The translations under genes were made by a program, and so were the position numbers. A stretch of DNA of 64,000 nt from Octopus sinensis (lineage: Eukaryota), in assembly GCF_006345805.1 (NCBI RefSeq), contig NC_043014.1, positions 3,100,001 to 3,164,000 on the forward strand. The letters run 5' to 3'. Of the stretch, positions 40,023 to 52,122 are shown one piece after another. The notes beneath the pieces are model-generated. The model saw only the letters and a list, made by a program, of their open reading frames with translations. It searched no databases and was not told the origin of the DNA. The number at the start of each line of letters is the position of its first letter. Position 1 is the first letter of the stretch.

Positions 40023-40392
40023 ATCATCATCATCATCGTTTAATGTCCGCTTTCCATGCTAGCATGGGTTGGACGGTTCAACTGGGGTCTGGGAAGCCCA
40101 AAGGCTGCACCAGGCTTCAATCTTGATCTGGCAGTGTTTCTACAGCCGGATGCCCTTCCTAACGCCAACCACTCCGTGAGTGTAATGGGTGCTTTTTATG
40201 TGCCACGGACACGGGCCAGACGAGGCTGGCGAACGGCCACGCTCGGATGGTGTTTTTTATGTGCCACCGACAGCTGCCAGACGAGGCTGGTGAACGGCCA
40301 CACTCGGATGGTGTTTTTTATGTGCCACCGACACAGGTGCCAGACGAGGCTGGTGAACAGCCACGCTCGGATGGTGTTTTTTATGTGCCACC
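40023..40392 (-). mobile_element. RTE tail element with three tandem units of about 60 bp
   Basis: (cat)n-cgtttaatgtccgctttcc...gatgcccttcctaacgcc, then repeated ccagacgaggctgg...cggatggtgttttttatgtgccacc. Confidence 0.85.
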
Positions 40393-41172
40393 ATATGTAT
40401 ATGCGTATAAATGCACACACACATTTGTACAGAGGGCCTTCAACGATTTACAGATATTGCTCCTTTTCATACTAAACCCCCCCCCCACACACATACACAC
40501 CCAAACACAGGTGTACACAGGTAAAACTGAGAAGCACAATCAGCCATCCACATAACCTAAAGAAAAGTTCCAAGTTATTCTTCACAGCATACACACACAC
40601 ACACACACACACATAAATATATACACATACAGACTATATACATGAACCAAACAATGATTTAGTTTAGGTAATTATAATTCACAATTAAAAAAAAATAAAT
40701 GTTTGTAATCAATCTTTGACTGTTAAGAGTACATTCCCTGGAAATGTCAGAAGAATGAACCATGACAATCTAGAATTCTTTATCCCAAGACATCACCACC
40801 ACAGAATGGCCCTTTTCCCATGATCTCATGGGTTGGACAGTTTGGCAGGAGCTGGTAAGCTGGAGAAGTTGCACCAGGCTCCAATGTTCTGTCTTGGCAT
40901 GGTTTCTACAGCTGGATTCCCTTCCTAATTCCAACCATTCTTCCAAAGCAGCAAATTTCTAGATTTTAGTAAAAATTTTTGATGTGACATACATGGAACG
41001 CCTCACCCTATGCATCGGCTTACGAGGGTTTCAGCTGGATTTTCATTCATCGAGCATTGCTAATGTGTGTGTATATACATTGCAGTTACTTGAAAGATTG
41101 TATATAAGCGAGAAACTGAGTAACAAGGGTGAATTTACATGTTTTGACTAGTTTTCCACCCACCTCTTTGTA

Positions 41173-41768
41173 TACCTATTTCTTTACTACCCACAAGGGG
41201 CTAAACACAGAGAGGACAAACAAGGACAGACAAATGGATTAAGTCGATTATATCGACCCCAGTGTGTAACTGGTACTTATCTAATTGACCCCGAAAGGAT
41301 GAAAAGCAAAGTCGACCTCGGTGGAATTTGAACTCAGAACGTAACGGCAGACGAAATACCTATTTCTTTGCTACCCACAAGGAGCTAAACACAGAGAGGA
41401 CAAACAAGGACAGACAAATGGATTAAGTCAATTATATCGACCCCAGTGCATAACTGGTATTTATTTAATCGACCCCGAAAGGATGAAAGGCAAAGTCGAC
41501 CTCGGCGGAATTTGAAACTTAGAACATAGCGGCAGACGAAATACTTATTTCTTTACTACCCACAAGGGGCTAAACATAGAGGGGACAAACAAAGACAGAC
41601 AAATGGATTAAGTCGATTATATCGACCCCAGTGCGTAACTGGTACTTATTTAATCGAGCCTGAAAGGATGAAAGCCAAAGTCGACCTCGGCAGAATTTGA
41701 ACTCAGATCGTAACAGCAGACGAAATACTCTTGCCTGGCGTACTAACGATTCTGCCAGCTCGCCACCT
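41173..41768 (-). mobile_element. Head-to-tail trimer of SINE family 2 (units of about 184 bp)
   Basis: Three units joined at gacgaaatac(c/t)tatttcttt near 41357 and 41543; only the unit at the high-coordinate end has the head. Confidence 0.9.
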
Positions 41769-41898
41769 TTATACCTCTTAGTATAGCATTCACGCACACA
41801 CACAAACACGCACAGTTCAAAATTGTACAAAAAAACGCAAGACAGAGGGAACAACAGACAAGATGTATTAGTTTGACGCTGAGGGGGTATGGGAGAGT

Positions 41899-41934
41899 TT
41901 TTGACGTTTCGAACCTATGCTCTTCTACACAAAG
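41899..41934 (-). ncRNA. Degenerate minimal hammerhead-like motif in a PLE-like repeat
   Basis: Minus strand CUUU-GUGUAGA-A-GAGC(AUAG)GUUC-GAAAC-GUC-AAAA. Confidence 0.4.
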
Positions 41935-42459
41935 GAATGAGGCGAGAAAACGTCCCCTTTTCCATGCTTGGCCCCAGAGTTTACTGAGGCAGATTTTCTA
42001 TGGCCACATGCCCTTTCACTTGTGTAAACACCTCGTGTTTACACAAATAAAAATAGAGAACACAATACTAGTGCAGAATAAAATATGTTCATGTTTAGAT
42101 GAAGATTACTCATCTGATAATAATAATAATAATAATAATAATAATCTTTTGGGGAGGGGAGCAGGTGGGTGGGGCAAAAAACACCGACTTATTTGATGTG
42201 TGTGCCAACATTACATATATATATATTCACACATATGGATGAACGATGTTTACACAGTGTATGTATTTGTGTAAATTATGTATAAATGTGTGCACACATG
42301 TGTGAATGTATGTGCAGATATGTATGTGTGTGTGTGTATATCACACACCTGTCTCCCATTAAAATCATCTAACACGCTCAAACACACATAATTACATCAC
42401 ACACTGTTTAGCATCTTTTCCAAAGAGAATGGGCGAGAGGAAGTGCTGCTACTGCAAGA

Positions 42460-42712
42460 GCAGTAGTAGTAGTAGTAGTAGTAGCAATAATAGTAGTAGC
42501 AATAATAGTAGTAGTAGTAGCAATAGTAGTAGTAGTAGTTGCAATAGTAGTAGTAGTAGTAACAGCAATAGTAGTAGCAATAATAGTAGTAGTAGTAGCA
42601 ATAGTAGTAGTAGTAGTAACAGCAATAGTAGTAGCAATAGTAGTAGTAGTAGCAATAGTGGTAGTAGTAGCAATAGTGGTAGCAATAGTAGTAGTAGTAG
42701 TAGTAGTAGCAA

Positions 42713-42744
<32 letters not shown>

Positions 42745-42820
42745 ACAGCAATAGTGGTAGCAATAGTAGTAGTAGTAGTAGTAGTAATATTAGTAGTAGT
42801 AGTAGTAGTAGTAGTAGCAT
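42460..42820. repeat. (AGT)n/(AGCAAT) trinucleotide-type microsatellite
   Basis: About 360 bp of agtagtagcaat; explains the poly-Ser, poly-Leu and poly-Val ORFs. Confidence 0.95.
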
Positions 42821-43248
42821 GGCCGACAACTGGGATAATATGATGAACGGTTGAAGAAAGGAGATATTAAAATTAGGATGTGTAGATCTGGAAAGACAGG
42901 TTGTTGGGGGGGGGGATTGAAGATGAGGAGGAAGAGGAGAGAGAGACGGGGTTGGGGAAGATAGGAGAAAGAGAAAGACAAACAAAATAGGGAAATGGAG
43001 AAATAAAATTGCATATCTAATAAGGAGGAGGAGAAGAAAAAAAAAACAGAAGAGGATTAGAAGAAAAAGAAAGGAAGAGGAAATGAAAGCAGACACCAAA
43101 GGACAGCTTTTCAGGTCTTCAAATAATTAATTCCGAGCACGTGCCCATTCTGTTAAGGCTGCTGGCTGTAATGATGATGACGGTAATTAAAAGTAGAAAT
43201 ACATACAATACATACGTACGTTCGTACATGTGTGCGTACGTGCATGTA

Positions 43249-43279
<31 letters not shown>

Positions 43280-43379
43280 TGCTGTATGTACAATACACAC
43301 AGGCAAAAATACACACATTCATTGATATACATACATACATATGCGAATTATGTATGCATATAGAAACAATACATACATA

Positions 43380-43420
43380 TAAACCCACTTCTCTTTGTAT
43401 GTATGTATGCATATATATAT

Positions 43421-43459
<39 letters not shown>

Positions 43460-43766
43460 CATATATATACACACACACATATATATACACACACACACAT
43501 ATATATATACACACACACACATATATATATACACACACACGCATATATATATATACACACAACGCATATATATATATATACACACACACAACATATATAT
43601 AATATACACACACACTATATATATATCACACACACACACATATATATATATACACACACACACACATATATATATACACACACACATATATATATATACA
43701 CACACACACACACATATATATATATTATACACCACATTATATATACACACACAACATATATATTAT

Positions 43767-43819
<53 letters not shown>

Positions 43820-44003
43820 TATATAATAACCACACACATCTATATACACACACACACACATATATATATACACACACACACATATATATACACACACACA
43901 CACACATATATATACACACACACATATATATACACACACACACATATATATACACACACCACATATATACACACACACATTATATATACACACACACATA
44001 TAT

Positions 44004-44035
<32 letters not shown>

Positions 44036-44580
44036 TATACACACACACGATATTACACACACACATATCAATACACACACACACATAATATATACACACA
44101 CACACATATATATATACACACACACGCATATATATATACACACACAACGCATATATATATATACCACACACACCTATATATAATATCCACACACACACAT
44201 ATTATATATACACACACACACACATATATATATATACACACACACACACATATATATACACACACACACATATATATATACACACACACACACATATATA
44301 TATATTACACATACACACACATATATATATACACACACACATATATATACACACACACACACATATATACACACACACACACATATACACACACACATAT
44401 ATATACACACACATATACACACACACACATCATATACACACACACCACACAATATATACACACACACACACATATTATATATAACACACCACACATATAT
44501 ATACACACACACATATATATACACACACACTATATATTACACACACATATATATAACATATATATATATATATATAATTA
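43380..44580. repeat. Compound (CA)/(TA) microsatellite of about 1.2 kb
   Basis: Continuous acacacacatatatatat units; source of the 392-aa ORF. Confidence 0.95.
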
Positions 44581-44690
44581 GAGAGAGAGAGAGACGAAGA
44601 GAGAGAGAGACATACACATACATAACAAAGTAACATACGCATTCACATAATTACCATGTATCCCCACACACACACATACATTATACATAC

Positions 44691-44725
<35 letters not shown>

Positions 44726-44757
44726 CATACATGAGAGTGGTAGAGATGTATTAACTA

Positions 44758-44801
<44 letters not shown>

Positions 44802-44886
44802 ATCCGGCTGGCAGTGAATGAGTCCAGCCCACCTACCAGCCCAGCTTTTTTTTGCCAAGCCAGCCAGCCAGCCAGCCAGCCTTGCC

Positions 44887-44900
44887 TTTGCCTAGGCAAC
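44887..44900. promoter_or_regulatory. RFX X-box-like palindrome near (GA)n tracts and a strong donor site
   Basis: TTTGCCTAGGCAAC (13/14 to GTTGCCTAGGCAAC); (GA)n at about 44756-44799; caag|gtgaga at 44926. Confidence 0.3.
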
Positions 44901-45269
44901 AAGTTGGCTTGGCTTCAGCCGCAAGGTGAGATAAAAAGGTAGGTTCTAAGGCTGACTTAAAGCGTCGTTTCAAACGAACAAACACCTCTGATAAGCTACC
45001 AGGTAGTGTAGCAGCCAAAGAGAAACTAGAGTGTTTAGAACGTTCTAGAAAGACTGCAACGGTTGAGGTGTAAGAGGGTGTGTAGGAGACGGAGGTGGAT
45101 ACACATGTAGATAGATGGGTAGATAGATAAATAGATGGATAGATACATGGGATGAAGGTAAAGGAATATATATATGAAAGCTAATTAGAAACAAAAAGCA
45201 CGAAAAATGTGTCAGTATTCAGATATGGGCGTAGACACACACAAACACACACACAAAGTATGTAAATGC

Positions 45270-45402
45270 AAAACAAGGTGGAAAGGAAATAGTACTCGAA
45301 TACCAAAGGCAGAGTAACATGCTTTTATTAAATTAACTGCAAAAATTTTCACGTTCCCATTCGTCGGTTTTGTGAAAATTTCGCAGCTTTAATAAAAGCA
45401 TA
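45270..45402 (-). mobile_element. PLE-like tail repeat with inverted repeats and a CCGACGA hammerhead-like core (45338-45372)
   Basis: Minus strand aaaa-CCGACGA-AUG(GGAA)CGU-GAAAA-UUU; tail aaagcatgttactc...gagtacta...ccaccttgttt related to 10958-11015 and 37155-37235. Confidence 0.6.
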
Positions 45403-45498
45403 TATAATAATACTAATAACCTATGGTATTAATGATTTTTACCAGCGCGGAAATAAAACCTCATAGGTAAATTTTATAAATATTTTATAGTTATATAC

Positions 45499-45692
45499 AT
45501 AATTATAACAAGGGCTTGGCTTGTGCCTCGCCACGAACTGAAAAATAGACGTCAAAAGACATTATTACCACCATAAATTCTCCGAGAAAAACACACTACA
45601 TATCTCAGAGAATTTATAGTGCTAATGGTGTATTTTGACGTCTATTTTTCAGTGTGTGTGGTGAGGTATAAGCCAAGCCCATGTTATAATTA
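45499..45692. mobile_element. Fold-back or MITE-like element with imperfect inverted arms of about 90 bp
   Basis: ataattataaca..ggcttggct..ctgaaaaatagacgtcaaaa..ataaattctc mirrored across a 15-nt spacer (45588-45602). Confidence 0.75.
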
Positions 45693-45833
45693 TATATATA
45701 TAATTATGTATTATATATACGGGTGAGTGGACAAATGAAAGAAAGAGGCATTCAACAAAAGTGCAAGGGGGCCGGATGAAACTGTTTTAAATAACACACA
45801 CACGTATATATATATATATATATATATTATAAC

Positions 45834-46122
45834 GTGAAGGTGCATGGCTCAGTGGTTAGAGCGTCGAGGGTGTAAGTTCGATTCGTGGACCGGGCTGCGT
45901 GTTGTGTTCTTGAGCAAGACACTTTATTTCACGCTGCTTCAGTTAACTCAGCTATAGAAATGAGTTGGTGCCAAGATGTATCGGCCCCTTTGCCTTGGAT
46001 AACATCAGTGGTGTGGAGAGGAGGCCTTTCACAAACAACCTTGTCTGGACTTGTGCTTCGGAGGGTAACTTTCTAGGTGCAATCCCACGGTCATTCATGA
46101 CCAAAGTGGGGGGGGGGGTCTT
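45834..46122 (+). mobile_element. tRNA-derived SINE of a distinct family
   Basis: tggctcagtggttagagc A-box, gttcgattc B-box, gtgttcttgagcaagacactt core. Confidence 0.75.
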
Positions 46123-46584
46123 CCTATATTATATCACACAAATCCACATACAACAGTACTCCATCCATTTTAAGGCAGTAGAATTACAGAACGGTTAAGG
46201 GGTCCGACACAGTTCCTTTCTATTCAGATAGGTTCCGAATTCCAGTTCAAATCCGGTCGGAGCCAACAGTTTTGCTTTTCATTCTTCTGCAGGCAAGGAA
46301 TGGGCAAATTCGATTCCTTAAAGTACACGTCAAGCAATGGCGTCAACTGACCGAGCGGGTAAGAATTTTGTTTCACAACCAAGAGGTCCCGAGTTCAATC
46401 CTAGAGCATGGTATCTCGGGCATGTGTCATAACTTCGGATCGACCCAAGCCTTGGAAGAGAAACTGAGCAGGTGGAAACTGTTCGGAAGCCCGCTCGGGT
46501 GGGAGGGGGGGTTTATACCTGTAATTGAAAAGCACATCCACGTTACTGTTGTTACACTGATTCTGATTGCGTTAAGGATACATG

Positions 46585-46838
46585 TGACTGCTGAACCGCT
46601 CAGTTAAGGGGACGTAAACACACCAACATCGGTTGTCAAGCGGTGGTGAGAGGACAAAGACGGACAGACACATATATAAATAGATAACAGGCTACTTTCA
46701 GTTTCCATCAATTAAATTGACTCACACGGCTTTTGCCAACCCGAGACTAAAGAAGACGCTTGCCCAAGATGCCACGCAGTGGGACTGAACCCAGAACCAT
46801 GTGGTTGGAAAGCAAACTTCTTACCACACAGCCACGCC
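46585..46838 (-). mobile_element. SINE family 1, truncated
   Basis: gctgaaccgctcag...gacgtaaacacacc...gcagtgggactgaaccc...accacacagccacgcc. Confidence 0.8.
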
Positions 46839-47260
46839 TCATGACAAAATTTTTGTTTTTTTAATTCTTCGCTATTTTCGAAATTTATAGGAACAAAGGC
46901 AGTTATATGTACCCGAAACTACATCGTCCAACGTATTTTTTAAAAAGTTATATATATATATATATATTTCATACATAAAAGTATATACTACGTCCTTCAT
47001 GCATAAAAGTATATACTACGTCCGCCTGCTATTTCTAGCAAGCAAAGCGAATGCGTAATTGCTTTTCACGCGGGCAAAGATTCAACGATGACAGCGATGA
47101 GGGTTGATTAATTTTACAATGATGTCCAACAACTGTTGGAACTGAAATTAGCATAATGGTTGTGTGTACATGCAAAAAGGAATAAAGTGCATCCACCACG
47201 CTGGAGGACAGTCTTAATAATGCCATAAAACTTTAGTAGTATATTATTAAACTTTTCTTG

Positions 47261-47640
47261 GGACAAACAAGGACAGACAAACGGATTAAGTCGATTATAT
47301 CGACCCCAGTGCGTAACTGGTACTTAATTTATCGACCCCGAAAGGATTGAAGACAAAGTCGACCTCGGCGGAATTTGAACTCAGAACGTAGCGGCAGACG
47401 AAATACCTATTTCTTTACTACCTACAAGGGGCTAAACACAGAGGAGACAAACAAGGACAGACAAACGGATTAAGTCGATTACATCGACCCCAGTGCGTAA
47501 CTGATACTTATTTAATCGACCCCGAAAGGATGAAAGGCGAAGTCGACCTCGGCGGAATTTGAACTCAGAACGTAGCGGCAGACGAAATACAGCTAAGCAT
47601 TTCGCCCGGCGTGCTAACGTTTCTGCCAGCTCACCGCCTT
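47261..47640 (-). mobile_element. Head-to-tail dimer of SINE family 2
   Basis: Junction gacgaaatacctatttctttac at about 47397-47418. Confidence 0.9.
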
Positions 47641-48488
47641 ATCACCGCACTGGTTCGAGATGCGTGCAATGCCTGTCCGAAACACGAGCAGGACGATGAA
47701 TTTCGGTACCCTAGTATTGTTGAATTGTACCTTGCCGGGTTTTGTGAAATGGACTTTTAGAGTTTTGTTAAACAACAGATGTCGCGCGAAGGACGGATCC
47801 GACGATCGGCCCAGTCCACCGTAGAGTTCGTTCCACCGTATTCTTTAAGTCAGGAAAAGGGCAGGCAGTTTTCTTTTTGTTTGGTGGGGGGCAGGGACAA
47901 ACAGATGTGATGGGCGTGACCGAGAACTCTAAAGATAAAACCTAACCGGGTGATGGATATCATTACATTGCCCGCTTTAACATGCACTACCTGACATCAC
48001 CCGTGGGTACCTTAAAGAAATTTCAACTTTGTAGTAAATATTTGACCAAGATCTCCAAACTGAAGATATCTTCATCTCTCCCTCTGACCACTTGCAAAGG
48101 TCCCAAGAAAACTCAGAGACACTGCCTTCCCGACTTCGGCCAAATCCTCATCAACTTTTGAAAGTTCCAGTTAGAGAAGCAGGTGAGAATAAAATAAAGC
48201 TAAATATATCGAGAGGCTGTTGATATTGTCATGAACATGCCTCAAGGGCCCTACTCTCAGAAAGCCCAGGCAAACTGGGAAACAGAGCTAGGAGAGGATA
48301 ACCTTAGACTTGAAGTGTCCCATGGCTGGACCAAATTGGGGGATGCCTCTTGAATTTTTTTCCCTGTCTCTATGTAACCCGACTACAATAAGTCCCTGTA
48401 GTATTTCGTTTGTGGCACCGTTAAAGAGCCGGAAATCGTGTGCGTGCCTTCTGAGGCATTAGTAAAGAAAATGTCACTATAACAAATA

Positions 48489-48543
<55 letters not shown>

Positions 48544-48659
48544 ATATATATACATATAGCAGTATTCGTTCAGGTTCTTTAAGGTGTGGGTTCAAATCCT
48601 TTCGGAGTCGATAAAATAAAGTACCAGCACCAGCCAAATCTAAATGTGACGGGAGTGTA

Positions 48660-49225
48660 ATATTGTGTGTATACATACATGCATATATATATATACACAC
48701 ACATATATACATAGATACACATACATACATATATATATACATATATACGTACATACATACATATATACGTACATACATACATACATACATACATATATAC
48801 ATACATACACATACATATATACATACATACATATATACATACACCTACCTACATATATACATGCATACATACATACAACATACATATATAAATATACATA
48901 TATATACATACAACATACATACATATATATACATATATATACATACAACATACATACATATATATACATATATATACATACAACATACATACATATATAT
49001 ACATATATATACATACAACATACATACATATATATACATATATATATATATACATATACATACATATATATACACATACATATATATATACATACATACA
49101 TATATATACATACATACATACATGTATATACATACAACATACATATATATACATACAACATACATATATATACATACATACATACATATATACACACACA
49201 TTTGTACACATTCATACATACACAC
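48660..49225. repeat. Compound (TACA)/(TA) microsatellite
   Basis: acatacatacatatatat units, with a recurring acatacaacatac. Confidence 0.95.
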
Positions 49226-49647
49226 AGGTAATTTTCATAATTCATGAATAGCAAGATCGGTTGCAGTGAATGAAATTGTAGTAGCAGCAACGTCAGGGGT
49301 GGGAGCGGTGGCGGTGAGGGTGGTGGTGGTGCTATTTAGGTTAGGGATGTAACGTAATAGTACTACTACTACTACTAGTAGTAGTAGTAGTAGAACGGGG
49401 TGGGGGGAATTTTTGACGTAGAATTGAGAGACAGGTTAAATAGACGTTGTGCAACGGTAGTAGTTGTAATTGGTTGTGGTTTGACAGGAATAATAATAGT
49501 AGTGGCGGTGATGGTCGTGGTGTGGACTGGTGTGACAGCAGTCGAGGTGCAACCGTAGTAGTAGCAACCACCGCAGTACCATTTATAATCCAATACCATC
49601 ACATTCTTAGAAGTATCAAGATAAGGATTTTTAAAAAAATAATATTC

Positions 49648-49686
<39 letters not shown>

Positions 49687-49689
<3 letters not shown>

Positions 49690-50082
49690 TCTTTTACTTT
49701 TTTCAGTCATTTGACTGCGGCCATGCTGGAGCACCGCCTTTAGTCGAGCAAATCGACCCCGGGACTTATTCTTTTGTAAGCCCAGTACTTATTCTATCGG
49801 TCTCTTTTTGCCGAACCGCTAAGTGACGGGGACGTAAACACACCAGCATCGGTTGTCAAGCAATGCTAGGGGGACAAACACAGACACACAAACACACATA
49901 TATATATATATATATATATGCGACAGGCTTCTTTCAGTTTCCGTCTACCAAATCCACTCACAAGGCATTGGTCGGCCCGAGGCTATAGTAGAAGACACTT
50001 GCCCAAGATGTCACGCAGTGGGACTGAACCCGGAACCATGTGGTTGGTTAGCAAGCTACTTACCACACAGCCACTCCTGCGC
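49687..50082 (-). mobile_element. Near full-length young SINE family 1
   Basis: Almost identical by eye to 9696-10104. Confidence 0.9.
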
Positions 50083-50093
50083 CTATGTGATCA

Positions 50094-50129
<36 letters not shown>

Positions 50130-50179
50130 TATATATATGGTGTGTGTGTGTGTGTGTTTTCCATTTATCTTTATCTTTT

Positions 50180-50490
50180 ACTGGTTTCAGTCATTAGACT
50201 GCGGTCATACTGGGGCACTGATTTGAAGAATTTAGTCGAACTAATCGACTCCAGTCCGTTTTTTTTTTAAGCTTGTACTTATATCGGTCATTTTTGCTGA
50301 ACCGCTACATTACGAGGACATAAACAACAACAACACCGGTAGGAGACAAACACACACACACACGACAGGCTTCTTTCAGTTTCCATCTACCAAACTGTCC
50401 CGAGACTATAATTGAAGACACTTGCGCAAGGTGTCATCGAACTCCGAACCATGTGGTTGGAAAGCAACTTCTTACCACACAGCCACACCT
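50180..50490 (-). mobile_element. SINE family 1, diverged with internal deletions
   Basis: gtttcagtcattagactgcgg...gctgaaccgctac...cttaccacacagccac. Confidence 0.75.
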
Positions 50491-50748
50491 TTGTGTGTGT
50501 GTGTATAACATCAGAGGTTGTTACATTGTGCCTATGCATATACTCGTCTGTGGATTAGTCTACCAGTCTCCAAGAAAATTCGTTGTTAATTAGTGTTAAT
50601 TAAGCTCTGTGGATTCCATTACTGTTTTGTTTCATACAAGATATTTCAACCAGTGACATTTTCTACCTACGTGGACATTTCACCGTCTCCAAAGTACACA
50701 GACAGGTAGCTACACAACCCATACATCAAATATACATACTGTATGAAT

Positions 50749-50962
50749 CAGGGGTTCCCAACCATTTTTTGTCTATGGGCCCCTTAGATTTCTATTATAC
50801 TCAAAGAGACCCTCCATACCCTTTAATTTAAAAATTCCCTTAAATATCAAAAAATAAAAGGTTAAAACATTTTGTGTATCGTAGAAGTACAACCAATATA
50901 TTTAATAGCTAAGTCTTATACGAACCTCCAAGAGGTATGTGGAGCCTGGTTCCGAACCTCTA
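50749..50962. mobile_element. Outer hAT-type MITE
   Basis: TIR caggggttcccaacc/ggttccgaacctcta; 8-bp TSD gtatgaat at 50741-50748 and 51347-51354; related partial copy at about 62655-62870. Confidence 0.75.
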
Positions 50963-50965
50963 GTA

Positions 50966-51341
50966 CTTTGGTTCCCAACCCTTTCCACAGTGGTTCTCAA
51001 TCCTTTTATTTAAATGAGTTTTCCCACAGGCCCCTTTTAATATGCTTACCATTACGTGTATGTATGTATGTATGCGTATCGTTGGCGATTTTTTTTCTCC
51101 GTTTTCCCTTCCTTGGATCTTTCCTTTTCCTATGTTTCTGATGAAGAGCTCCGCTCGAAACGTTAAACCCTCTTTCTTCCCTCCTTTCCTGAGCGTCCAA
51201 TAACACTATACTTGTTCCACGTCCTCGAGTTGTTGTGTTTTCATGTTTGGATTAACTTTATATATATATTACACATAAACTCACGAAATTTTGAATTTAG
51301 TTCATGGACCACCTTTGCAGACCACAGTTTGGGAACCACTA
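50966..51341. mobile_element. Inner hAT-type MITE
   Basis: TIR ctttggttcccaa/ttgggaaccacta; 8-bp TSD ctctagta (50958-50965) and ttctagta (51342-51349). Confidence 0.75.
51134..51168 (+). ncRNA. Minimal type I hammerhead ribozyme motif with canonical core, in a PLE-like repeat (51075-51262)
   Basis: GUUU-CUGAUGA-A-GAGC(UCC)GCUC-GAAAC-GUU-AAAC; predicted cleavage after 51164; palindromic ACGU stem III. Confidence 0.75.
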
Positions 51342-51587
51342 TTCTAGTATGAATCAAATGCATACTCCTTATAGAACAGATTTCTTTTAAAAAAAAAAAA
51401 CCAACTCAAAAATGAGTCATACCACACTGTAAACTACTACTACTAATAATAACAATAATAATAATTCTTCCTATAGACACAAGGCCTTACATTTTACAGG
51501 TAGGTGGGTAGATGTGCTTGTCTTACAGGAACCCCAGTACTCAACAGGTACTTATTTTATTAACTCCCAGTTGTGCGCTAAGAACAG

Positions 51588-51760
51588 ATGCAGTCATGGA
51601 TGTGTGGTTAAGAAGTTTCTCTCCCAACCATGTGGTTTCAGGTTCAGTCCCACTGTGTGGTACCTTGTGCAAGTGTCTTTTACTATGTATATAGCCCTGG
51701 TCAACCAATGCTTTTATATGTGGATTTTGTAGATGGAAACTGAAAGAAACCTATCATACA
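51588..51760 (+). mobile_element. SINE family 1, 5' part
   Basis: catggatgtgtggttaagaag...ggttcagtcccactgtgtgg...gatggaaactgaaagaaacc. Confidence 0.75.
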
Positions 51761-52122
51761 TTTATGTATGTGTGTGTTTGTTTACATTTTTGCCTCACCA
51801 AAAATAACCAAGCTGCAGGCTGTGATGTCGATTGGATGTTAGCTTAGCATCTTCAAAGGCAAGTGGAATAAGATATTAAGATATGCCTTACTTGAGAAAT
51901 AGGTGTTCATTGACAGAAAGGGCACCCAGGGGTAAAAACATTGCCTTAAATTATGTATTTGTCTAACCCATGCTACAAAATGTAAACCTGAGAACAAGCT
52001 ACAAATAGTCCATGTGATTTATAAATTTTATTGTGAAAGTGAAAGTTGTAAACTTCATGACTGCTACTGTTACAATGATTGTGCAACACATTGTCAGAGT
52101 TGCACATAGAGCAACTGCAATA

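Noticed and set aside
42429-43099. Poly-Ser, poly-Leu and poly-Val ORFs
   Set aside because: Explained by an (AGT)n/(AGCAAT) microsatellite open in several frames; no splice or domain support
45834-45900. Possible tRNA genes (also 24832-24905 and the family 1 heads)
   Set aside because: A/B boxes are present but there is no complete cloverleaf; they continue into SINE bodies
47641-48345. CpG-rich segment and short open frames with a cag|gtgaga donor at about 48183
   Set aside because: No compatible acceptor or start codon; the weak GIY-YIG-like text (YREAVDI) is insufficient
49361-49392. 32-bp palindrome (ACT)5(AGT)5
   Set aside because: Simple-repeat inversion, common in microsatellite-rich DNA
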